From contig JBITNC010000001.1 in assembly GCA_050084985.1 (NCBI GenBank), forward strand, positions 178,374,001-178,438,000: a stretch of DNA of 64,000 bases, written 5' to 3'. The position numbers were made by a program, and so were the translations under genes. The stretch's first letter is position 1. Every line of letters starts with the position of its first letter. The stretch is from Nageia nagi (lineage: Eukaryota; Plantae; Pinophyta). The notes beneath the pieces are model-generated. The model made no database searches. It was not told the origin of the DNA and saw only the letters and a program-made list of their open reading frames with translations. Positions 28,244 to 39,627 of the stretch are shown here, in pieces.

Positions 28244-31200
28244 CTACATAGTACAAACATTCAAGAAAAAAATGAATACAATATTTTCTATGCATAAGAC
28301 ATCCATAATCTCAGTTTATTATTCAAAAATAGGAAGAACTAAGAATTGTTACGCATTTAATTTATGTTTAATCTGCATATTCACCATGGTCTAAAAGATG
28401 CAATGCATCACATGATACTTCAATGTAAAACACTAAGATTCTGCAATTTCTTATTAAGGGCATATCCTCAGCAACATCCATGCCTTATCAATCAGGATTT
28501 TATAAATGCCTATTCATGTATGAATTCTCAACGATGTCCAACAACAGAAGAGAGGATTACACTGGGAAAATAGGTGTCTCATCTTGTAAAGTACCTATTA
28601 TGTCATAATTCACCCCCTGCAGGTATTTCAGAGCTAATGTCGTAATTCGTTCCCCCTGCAGGAATGTTTGCTAATAAGTCATAATAAAGTGACTCAAAGG
28701 AACATTTTCAGTGAAAGAAATTGTTTCCATTTTCTTCAAATAATGTAGCAAATTAAAAGATAATTTATTCACATAGAGAATCAAACAGTGGCCAGAAATA
28801 GAGCTATTTCCATTATATCAGTGATCAAATTTTACAAAGATACAGTCATAGAATGTAAAGCATCCTACTCTAAATGTACCACCAAATAATGTGATGTCAT
28901 TCAGTTGGATCTACTATAGCTTTTGCTTCAGTCAGCACCACAACAGGATATCATCTGTAATCAGTGTGATCTGTTCCTCTCAGGACTGCATGAAAGAAAA
29001 AAAACTGGTAAAGAAGGGAGAAGAGACACAAGGAGAAAACACCAAAAAAAACTAGACAGACAATACAAGCCGAATACCTGATAATGGTTTAACCTCCTTA
29101 ACATTGCTCCTGTTCTCCTTCTTATAGTTGTTGTGGAAGCTTCTAGATTAATAGCCTGTTGAGAATTTGTCTAGTCTTCCAACAAACATTGGACGCTTAT
29201 GCATAGATTCATCTTCATTACTTTGCATGGTTGTGGTTGTCTTCTAAACGTTCCTGCCACCATTTTTTATAATGACTTCAGGCATGCTGCTGAATTTGTG
29301 GTATGCAAACTCATTGTCAAAGGTCCGCAAATGATCTGTTGCCAATTGTTTGCTGTCATTATTGTTCTATTTGAAGCAAGCTTGAACTTGCACCATTTGA
29401 AGCTTGAAATTGTGCTAACGACATGAGCCTGCAGGATGACGTGGATTTGACATTCAACGCTTGAGAGCCAACCTACATGGTATTGACAAGGCTTTGAATT
29501 GGAGGACTTGAGAATGCTGCATTGCCTCTTGGTCACTTATAACAACGTGGCCTAGCCTCGATTGCTTTTTCAATTAGGTTGGGCTAGATTCCAGTTGTCT
29601 TCCTTTTGGATGACTTGAGAGTTCCAACTTTTCTACCCAAATTTTACTGAACTATGTTGCTGTTGTCCACTTATCTTGGCTATTGGTTCTAGGTGCAAGA
29701 CATAGTAACTACAGTTGCTTTTTATAGCCTAGCCGATTTGATCCATGGTTATGGTCTCATCCTTCTCAGCTACTATGAATCCAGTCAATCTTATCCCCAA
29801 CTTGAGTTTGCTGAATTTCTCTTTTGTTTCTTCATGCCATGACTCATTTCCATTGAATTTCCTGGCTTGTGAAAAGACCGCAAATTACATATTCCTATGT
29901 GGGATCAATCACATCAAAAATCTCAAATGCCACCTTAGCTTAACTGCCCTAAAGAGGCCACTTATGATGTTGAGTTTGATCCATGATGATGCTAACTTGA
30001 ACCTGTATGCCTTGAGTTATGGTTGTCCCCATGTGAGAAGGATAATTGAGATCTATTAAAAATAGATGATGATCAGACCCCAGTCATTTTCCCTATTCCA
30101 TTTACACATTTCATCCTATGCTTGCTCGGTTAGTCTCCATCCAATTTATTTTGTTCATGCTAGGCTGATTTGGATGGCTTAGATCATTCGAATACAATAC
30201 CTTATCAGATGATCACCGTTCTCCCATCTTCTAATGAAGATTATCCTAGGCCCTTGTGCATAGTTATGACCTCATTCGTTCCTTCCCATGCAGGGATTCC
30301 TTGCCTTCCTGTAGATCCTTTGAAGATTAACAGCTGAGATTGTTTGGCGCTTTCTCTTGATCGCATCTCAATAGTCTATCTCAGTAGTGATTCCCTACCC
30401 ATAATCATTGATTTATTCTCAACCTTTGATTCATGTGAAGAATACCTTCAGTCTACTGGCTTCATTGGTGTCAGAGACATGTAATACTCTAGTTCTTTGA
30501 GTTTTGTCTTTAGCCACATTTCTGTTGTTCATTTCAGGTAGCATCTTCTTGGATGGTTGAGATTGATTTTCTGAACTTCTTAAATTGATCTTGTCTGTGG
30601 ATCTCTTGTTCATGAAATTTGAGCAGGTTTATATTGGAGGGAGTGTATGGCTGAGATTATCTTGGATTGAGGATTCTCTAATTCGTAACCATTGATTCTT
30701 GCAATGTTGATGGGCTACATTTGTCTGCAACTTGTTGTAGATTAACAACTATGATCTCCAAAAGTAAGCATCTTCAATTCTAACTATCAATTGTCATACC
30801 TCGTAACTAAGTAAAAGTACTTAAAAAATCCGATGTCTGAAATCAATTGTAATACTGATGTCAGTTGCTGCTCAGACCACTTAATGGGTTGTTTGCTAAT
30901 GTGAAGAATTTGATGGTCTAAATGGATTCAAGACTCCTTGGGTGCTCATCTCAGCGGTACGATTCAGTAAATTGAATATGGTGGCACCAGAGAGGAAGTT
31001 TTGGACGGCTTAGGTGAAAAGATGGGCTCAAAAAAGTAAATCTTCCTGTTGGGATCAAACAATGCAAAGGGAAGTTACAACCAAATGGCTAATGAATGTC
31101 CATTGGACGGCTGTGATGCAAATTAGGATCTACGGAAGAGAACTCTATCCATTCGATCATGTGAGTCAAGCAAATAGGGTGACAACATAACCTTTCAATT

Positions 31201-31248
31201 ATGCATGTGGTTTTCTGTAGGGCTGAGATTTGGCCAATGGGTTTTAAG

Positions 31249-31462
31249 CATAGTATGAAAAATATCTGATTACAAGGCATTTTCCGATTTAAAGGTGTTT
31301 CTTTCAACTCAATCTTTTCCGATTAAACGATGTTTTATTCATTGGCCTACTTGGGAACCATATTTTTTCTCCATTTTTCCCTTCTTTTTCTCAACTTTTT
31401 GCCATTTTTTAAAATTTGGCATGGAGCTGTTTTTTTCTGTTCCTGTTTTTTCATACACTGAA
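31249..31462. mobile_element. hAT-like MITE (~214 bp) present in copy A only
   Basis: Absent at the homologous site of copy B (GGGTTTAAAG^ATATAATC, ~38245). Ends are CATAGTATGAAAAA and TTTTTCATACACTG. Flanked by 8-bp GTTTTAAG / CTTTTAAG. Confidence 0.65.
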
Positions 31463-31480
31463 CTTTTAAGATATAATCTC

Positions 31481-31696
31481 AGCCACATGTTTCACAAAAG
31501 GAATTGAAAGTAAAAAAGAGTATCAAACAAGGTTTCAAGGGCAACTCAAGTTCTTTCTTTTGCATGTGCGCAATTCAATGACTAGGGCAGCCACATGTTT
31601 CACAAAAGGAATTGAAAGTAAAAAAACGATTATCGAACAAGGTTTCAAGGGCAACTCAAGTTCTTCATTTTGCATGTGCGCAATTGAATGGCTAGG
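31481..31696. repeat. 108-bp tandem duplication
   Basis: AGCCACATGTTTCACAAAAGGAATTGAAAG...GCATGTGCGCAATT.AATG.CTAGG starts at 31481 and at 31589, with high identity. Confidence 0.9.
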
Positions 31697-31939
31697 ACGT
31701 TATGAGGATCTAATCTTTTTCATTAGAAAAAATAGAGAGAACTCTTGGGTAAGATCTAACGACATGAATGAGTTCGAGTCTAGAGGTAAACAGGGCCCAC
31801 AAAAATAAAAAAGGGAGATTTATACAAAGCAAAGGTCTAAGCTATCAGGAAAAATATTATGATGTTGACAAAAAGGGGACTATGCGGGAACGTAAAGAAA
31901 TGTTAATTGGAAGGATTGAGGAATATTTAAGGAGTATTT

Positions 31940-32215
31940 GAAGGAAAATTGTGGCTGGGAAGTTTCTTGGGCACATTGGAGCTCATCGAGGTGTCAAAAT
32001 TGTTCTAAAAGAGTGGCATGTAAAAGGATGTACATTTCTCCTTGTTAGTAAGGAGTATTTTATTATCCGGATCTTCTAAAGGGATAAGGAGAAAATACCA
32101 AAAATGTGGACTCTTATGGGTTCTTAAGGGATATTTTTGACCAGTAGGAAGAGCAGGGTCAGATGACTATGAAGTTGGATTGTTATTGGAAGGGTGAAAA
32201 TTCTAGTTACAACAG
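31940..32215 (+). mobile_element. LINE ORF1 (DUF4283-like) remnant; homologue at ~38650-38900
   Basis: KIVAGKFLG....KIVLKEWHVKG....VSKEYFIIRIF*RDKEKI..CG..W fits the VGKF.G...W..KG.....GYF..F....D...I...GPW pattern. Confidence 0.55.
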
Positions 32216-32479
32216 TTTTAGCTTGGGGATGATACCAAGCTTGCAGGGTCAAGAATCTAGAATCATTTGGCTTGTGAGGACCAGGCTTATTTACAGTTCG
32301 TGATGAAAGCTTGAGGGACCAAAAATTAGAGGAAGAAAATTTACCATCGTGACTCCAGAAATCCATTGACTGGTTGGATAAAATAGATTCCATACCTTTT
32401 TAAGGCCAGATGTTGTATGAGGTGAGACTTGTTAAATCATTGGAACAACATAATGATCCACATGAGTAGAATTGTTGAC

Positions 32480-32830
32480 ATTCTCTCGAATGTTAGTGAT
32501 TCCTGCTCCTTCCCATCAGTGCAGAAGATGACCATGGCTTTTTTCTTTGAGTAGACTCCACCTTGATCATTGTGTGGTCTATCATCATTAAATTTCCAAT
32601 TGCTACTTATGCCTTCAAATTGCTCTGAAAAAGGTTTATCCAACATTTGATAAGATACCCTTGTTCGTTGGCTCTTCTTCTTTTGTCGATCTTCAGGTCC
32701 GTGATATAGATGCACCAGTTTTGAATTCAAAGTATTTCTCCTATCTTCCAGGATTCCTTCAAAGCATGCAAACCTGATTTTTTTGCTATGAACATGTATT
32801 CCCCTTCTTTTTTTTTGGTGCACTAACCCT
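32480..32830 (-). mobile_element. LINE ORF1 remnant
   Basis: An alternative frame to the listed ORF reads GEYMFI....ALKESWKIGEIL*IQNW...LIKCW....IGNLM..D, which is DUF4283-like. Confidence 0.4.
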
Positions 32831-35309
32831 CTTTTGACATGTGCACAAGTGAGCCATCACCTCCTTTTAGCTCAATTATGTATCTTGTCTGTAGACCACC
32901 TATGCTGTAGTCATCAAGGATATCATCTTTCTGATAACACTGTGATTTCCTCTTGATTTACCATTTGAATTTGTTTGCCTGGAATGACCAATGCAAATAA
33001 TCCTGGTTCTATAGGAGCTTCTGTACTCAACAGATGAATATTAATCTATTACACCTCATGTTTCGACAAGAAGTCCGTCTGATTCCTCACTAATAAAAGC
33101 AGGTAGTTGCTCAAGCTAGGTATCCTCATCTTCTTGGTGTTGCGGGCGCACCAAAAACTCTACAAAAATATGTAAAGTTTGCTGGTTTGTTCAAATAATC
33201 AGCAGTAGTGAGGGCCTCTTACTGTATTTGCACAGGTAGTCCACCACCTTCTTTTTGTTGACAACCATTGCATTCTAGAACATCAACTTCTCAAGCTTCT
33301 GAAGAATCATATTGAGCTTATTCATTTGGGTTGATGCCTTCATGTGAATCTCCTTATGCAAACTTCACTGTTGCACTGATTGATTGAGCTCAAATTTGAT
33401 TGTGCAAACATATTTAGACTTAAGGGTAACTATGTACTCAGCGACTCAGCATGAGATCCTTCCATATCGTTCTTTGTCTCTATGCTCAGCTGAGTTTCTG
33501 CTTTGTTTTCTAGCTCTTCTAATGTAAAGCAAATAACCAATCATGTTTTTTACCCATATTTCACGTTTTTTAGCTGTGTTTTGAAACATATTTTGCGTAT
33601 TTCACATTTTTTGGTGTCCCCGTTGTTTGACTGGTCAACTCTACGTTTTTGACCTTTTTTTTGGCGTTGTTTCTGTATTTTTGCCATTTAAACGCTCTCA
33701 TTTTTTGCTACTTAAAAATGGCTTGTTTCCATTTATTTGGGGTAAATACGATTTTTTTTGAAATATGGTAAATATGGTGTATTTGGCATTTTTATATTCT
33801 ATGCTTGAAACACTTAAGATTCTTTCGAGTTTTCCCCAATTTAGTTGTCAAGCATGAAAATACATTGAACCATGTAGATTAGGTTTCAAATCTGAGCATT
33901 TTTTTTTTTATTCTTTTGGATTCTTTCAATGGAGTCACCAAAGTCTTAAACAAATCTCAAATTTAACAATCTGGGTGCCATATCCTTGACAATGATGCCA
34001 TCTTAAATTGTTATATATGGGAGCTCTAGAAACCCATCTGCAACTTTGTGTTCTTTATGGGTTCTTCAATATGAAGTTGCTAGTACTCAAAAGAGTATGC
34101 CAAAGAATGAGAGTATATCTTGGATTTGATAATTGGAGTATCTTCACCCAACAACAGTGCTATTTAAAATTGTTAGTGTGATGTTCCCTTCTTTGAGTTG
34201 TTCCTTTTAGGGGTACTTTTGTAGTTAGGAGTATTTATTTATTTGTTGCATGTGCACTTAGGCATCATTGTAGCCTGGGATAGGAGACATATGGGTCCCA
34301 TGGAGCAATTGTGAGCCCCAAAGTGGGATGTATCCCTCCTAAGGATAGATTAGGAGCATTTAAGTGTGATAATATAGATCCCAAGGCACAACAAAAGGTT
34401 AGAAGGTAAGCACATGGGTTGGTGTGATACCGAGGCATAATTCGGATGCCCAAGCATGACGTCAACCTTGAGGGAATCCTATATATTTTGCTAGGGAAAC
34501 ATTAGGGAGACATCTTGAGCATTATTGACATATTCTATCTTTGGAGTGGCAACGCCATCTTTGGGCCTCTCGTTGGACAGAAATCCAACGTGGAGAAGAG
34601 CATAGTGGGACATAGCTCTCACTAGGCTTTGGCTAAGGACGGAAACCCTTAGACCATCTAGACTTGTAGCTTGATCCGGGGGTTGAAAACCTTAATTGTG
34701 TAACATCAGTTTTTTTGGTGCTTGTTGAGTTGTTGTGCCCTAGATCTTGTCCATTGAGCCAGATGTCTGCCCTATTGGGCCATGCCATATTGCCTTGTAT
34801 TTGCTCCATCATTAATATAATTTGAGGTGTTAGCACTTGTTCTCAAAATTTTGCTTGTGTGTTGAGGTATTTTTGGCATTATTTCCTTATTTCTTGCTCA
34901 TTTCCTAATTCATTGCATAATTGGCTAATAATTTGGAACAAGGAAAATTTGGGAACATCATAGTTTGGTCGTAATTGGACTTTGGAGTTAGTGCCATGCC
35001 TAAAAGATGAAACTCAAAACAATTTTATTGGCATCTGTAAGATCCACTGATTTGGGCTAGGAGTTGGTTTGGGCTCTTAACCAAGGATGTTCTCTTCATA
35101 TCCTATTTATATATTTATACTTGATAGGAAAAATATCTTCCTTAATAGCATGGAGAACCAACAATTTACGTGCAATAAGTGCAAAATATCAAAGAATGCT
35201 TGAGATTCAATCAAACTAGATGATAGATCAATGTATTATCCATTGGGCTAGTGATAGTCTTTAAAAATTCAACAAGTTAAAATGAAATTAAGCTAAGAAA
35301 TAGTTGGAT

Positions 35310-38300
35310 TGTTTGCTAACAAGTCTAAATGAAGTGACCCAAAGGAATATTTTCATTATACTAGTGATCCAATTTTATAGAGATAGTCATAGAATGTAAA
35401 GTATCCCAATTTGAATGCACCACCAAATAACATGAGGTATTTCAGTTGGATATACAATAGCTCTTGCTTTAGGTAGCACCACAACACAAAATCATCTATG
35501 TCTAGTTTGACATGTTGCTCTAGGCCTATACAAAAGAAGAAAGATGGTAAAGGAGGGAAAAAAAGACATATGGAGAAAACACTGAAACCTAGACAAATAG
35601 TACTAGCATTATACCTGAGAATGGTTGAGCATCCTTAACGTTGCTCACATTTTCCTTCTTATAGTTGTTGTAGAAGCTCCTTGACTATAACCTGTTGACA
35701 ACTTTCTAGTCTTTTTACGAACATTGAATGCTCATGCATAGAATCATCCCCATTACTTTGCATGGTTGTGGTTGTCCTCTTAGCACTCCTACCACCTTCA
35801 TTTTGCATCATGACATTAGGCATGAAGCTAAATGTGTGGTATATGCTTACTCATTTTTAGAGGTTTATGAGTGATCTGTTGACAATTGTTTGTTATCGTA
35901 ATTGTTCATTTTGAAGAAAGCTTAAACTTGCACCTTTTTAAGCTTCAAATCATGCTCATGATGTGAGCCTATAGGATAATTTGGATTTGTTATTCATCCT
36001 TGTGGATGGGCTAGTATTTATTGATGTAGGATGTTGCCTTTATAAGCTTGAGCAGTGTTAGTTGATCTGTGACTCGTGGGAACCAAGCTACATGGTGTCT
36101 ATGAGGCTTTGAATTGGAGTGCTTGAGATTGTTGCATTGACCCTTGACCACTTATAACAACCTATCCCAATTGGATGGCTTTCTCAATTTGTGCAAATTG
36201 GATTCTAGTCATCTTCCTTTTGGATGACTTGAGAAATGAAATGAAATATTATCAATGTATACGATGGGCCAAAGATGACCCAAGACATTGTGAGAAAGTA
36301 CATATCAAAAAGGGTAAGTGAGTGGACCACAATGCTCAACATAAGAAAGAACCATAGATAAGTACAATATCTTGAATAGAGGAACGGGTCACAGAGAATA
36401 GAAGGAAGAAGAGAGAAGTGTGTGTAATGTTCTTTGAGAGACGCAGGCTAGTCTCTCCAATTGTTCAAGGTTGAAGAATCTCCATTGAAAAAATTGATGA
36501 TCTACCTTTGCCCATCACTGATTTGGAGCTCTGAGGATCTGTGGTTGCACTATTTAATGGTATTGTGGATAGTCCATGTTTTCTACTAGAAGTTTATTGA
36601 CTTAGGTTGTAGTTTGCTGAACCGTCATCTTGACCTCATAATGAATGCTATAACCTACTCATCTTGGCTATGGGTTTGTAAGGCATCGTAACTTTAATTT
36701 GTTTTTATAACCTGGCAGATCTAATCCAAGTTTACGACCTCATCATTCTTAGTTGCTGCAAATCAAGTCAAATCCCCCAACCCGAGTTTGTTGAATTTTT
36801 CCTATGTTTCTTCATGCCTTGAGTCATTTCCATTGAATTGAGGGGCCTATGAAAAGACTACAAATTACATATTCCTATGTGGAATCAATCACATCAAAAA
36901 CCTTGCATGTGTCACCTTAGCTTGCATATCCTTAGAAGGTCATTTGAGATGCTAAGTTTGGTCGATGATGATGCTGGCATGGACCTATCCACCTTGATTT
37001 ATGATTATCCCCATGCAAAAAGGATAATTGATATTTGTCATAAATAAATGATGATCAAACGGCAATCATTTTTCCTTTTGCATTTATGCATGTTGTCCTA
37101 TGCTTACGTGGATAGTCTCCATCTAATTCATTTCGTTCATATCAGGCTGATTTGAACGACTTAGATCATTCCAATACAATGCCTCATCAAACGATCATCA
37201 ATCTCCCTTATTCTGATAAAGATTATCCTAGGCCCTTGTGCACAATTAAGACTTCAACCTTTCCTTTCCTTTTAGGGATTTCCCACCTTCGTGTAGCACT
37301 TTTGAAGATTAATGATTGAGATTGTTTGACAATCTGGCTTGATCTCATCTGAGCTGTCAATCCTTAGTTAAGTTCTACTCTTTCAATTGGCACTACCATC
37401 AGCTCAGATTCCTGATCCATAATTACTGATTTAATCTCAGCCATTGATATACCTTTGGTTTACTAGCTTCATTGGTGCTAGATATGTGTAATTCTTTGGT
37501 TCTTTGAATTCTATTTTTAGCCACAATTCCATCGTTCATCACTGCTAGCATCTTCTTGAATGGCTGAGATCAATTTTCTCAACTTAGATTGATCTTGTTC
37601 ATGTATCTCTTGTTCTCAAGATTTGATCAGGTTTGTATTGAAGGATTGCATGGCTGAGGTTATTTTAGACTGAGGACTCTCCAACTCACAACCGTTGATT
37701 CTTGTAATGTTGATGGAATACAACTGTTTGCAACTTGCCGTGGATCAACGATTATGATCTTCTCCAAAATAAAGCATCATTGACTGTCACTATCAGTTGT
37801 CACACCTAATAACTAAGTAAAAGTATATAAAAAATCCAACGGTGGAGATCAATTTTAATAATGATCTCAACCGCTGATAAGACCAATTAATTGGCTGTTT
37901 CCATCATGTGAAGAAGTCGGTGTTCCAGATGGATTGAAGACTCCTTAGGTGCTCATCTCAGCCGTAGGATTTAGTAAATTGAATACAAGGCATCAAAGAG
38001 GAGTTTTGGATGGCTTCGATGAAAAGATGGGCTTGGGAAAGTAAATCTCAATTGTAAGATCAAACAATACAAAGGGAAGGTACAACCAAATGGCTAATAA
38101 ATGTTCGTTGGATAGCTATGATGCAAATTAGGATTTGTGGAAGAAAACTCTAGCCATCAAATCATGTGAGTCTACTAAATGGGGCAGCAACTTAACCTTT
38201 TAATTTTGCATGTGGTTTTTTGGAGGGCTAAGATTTGGCCAACGGGTTTAAAGATATAATCTTAGCCACATGTTTCTCAATAGGCATTGAAAGAAAGAAA

Positions 38301-38925
38301 AAAGGAGTATTGAGATAATGGACTATAATCTCAGCCATTGAACAAGGTTATGAGGGAAACTCAAGTTATTCATTTTGCATGCTCAAGATCGGACGACTAG
38401 GATGTTACAAGGATCTAATCTCATCTGCTAAAAAAGATAGAAAGAAATCTTGGGTAAGATATAATGGTAGGAATGAGTTGGAGGCTATTTTGGAGGTAAA
38501 TAGTGCCCATAAACTTCAAAAAGGGAAATACACAAAGTCAAGGTCTAAGATATCAAGGAAAATATTATGATGTTGATAAAAAGGGGATTATGGGGGAAAA
38601 TAAAGAAAAGTTAATATGTCGGATTCAGGAATTTTTAAGAAGTATTTAGAGGAATATTGTGTTTGAGGAATTTCTTGGGCATGTCCAATATTATTCAGGT
38701 GTCAAGATTGTTATAAAAGAGTGCCATGTAAAAGGATCTACGATTCTCCTTGTTAATAAGGGGTATTTTATGATCCGGATCTTCTAAGGAGATAAGGAGA
38801 AAATACCAAAAATGTGGAATCTTATGGGTTATATAAGGGATATTCTTGATCAATAGGAAGAGCACTATGAGATGATGATGAAATCGGGTGTTTACTGGAA
38901 GTGACAAAAATTCTGGTAACAGTAC
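35310..38925 (+). repeat. Direct segmental duplication, copy B (~3.6 kb)
   Basis: Collinear with copy A. It lacks the 31249-31462 insertion and has its own insertion at ~36230-36570. Confidence 0.9.
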
Positions 38926-39627
38926 CACAATTAGTCAGGGGTGGATCAATGATAAAGAGGATCCAATAGCTTCAGTGGAATCAATAATATTTTCCCTAAA
39001 TGATTTACAAACAAATCCTCCATTATCAGGTCTCATGTTCACCGTGATTGTTTTTGTCCTAATACCAGAGAGAAACAATGGTCTCTTAGTAGATAACAAT
39101 TAGAACCAATCATAAACAAATTCATGAAGAAAATGATGCATTCTGAGACCTTGATATAATATGCTTCTGTATGTTTCTGTAATTTTCTGGGTTTAACAGG
39201 TCATTTGATTTTATTTCAATGCCTGTGCAGTCTAGTCAAGCTTTGGAGCAGTTCTCCAAATTAGTAAGCAATGCAGGCTCTAGAAACAGGTAATTCACCA
39301 AATACTTGAGATAACTGTTGGATCACAGTTTTATTATTTTCTAGATAGAACTTACAACATGTACTCGGATTAGTGTGGTAGGATTTGTTTCTAGATGAGA
39401 GGAGAAGATTAACTGCTGCTTTCGAGCCGCAAGGAATAGAAGTACAAAATTTAAGTAGCACTGGATAGGATGTTATCTGCACAAGCTTCATTCTCATCTG
39501 TTTGTCAAAAAATTGAAGAGATTGAAGTGTGGAATTGGTCTAGCCAAAGATTATGAGTATATGACAGTTCTCATGGAGACCTGCAATACCAACAATATAA
39601 TTGTTCAATAAAAATCATAGTGATTAG

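Larger units (their letters stand above)
28665..32215 (+). repeat. Direct segmental duplication, copy A (~3.5 kb)
   Basis: Collinear with 35310-38925 throughout, roughly 75-80% identical by eye. Examples: GTGACTCAAAGGAACATTTTCA / GTGACCCAAAGGAATATTTTCA, and AGATTATCCTAGGCCCTTGTGCA and GGAGAAAATACCAAAAATGTGGA in both copies. Confidence 0.9.

Noticed and set aside
32437-32823. 128-aa ORF as a host gene
   Set aside because: No recognisable domain, and another frame carries LINE ORF1-like motifs.
34171-35150. Possible solo LTR between duplicate copies A and B
   Set aside because: It starts TGTTAG, but I found no matching CA end with a TSD.
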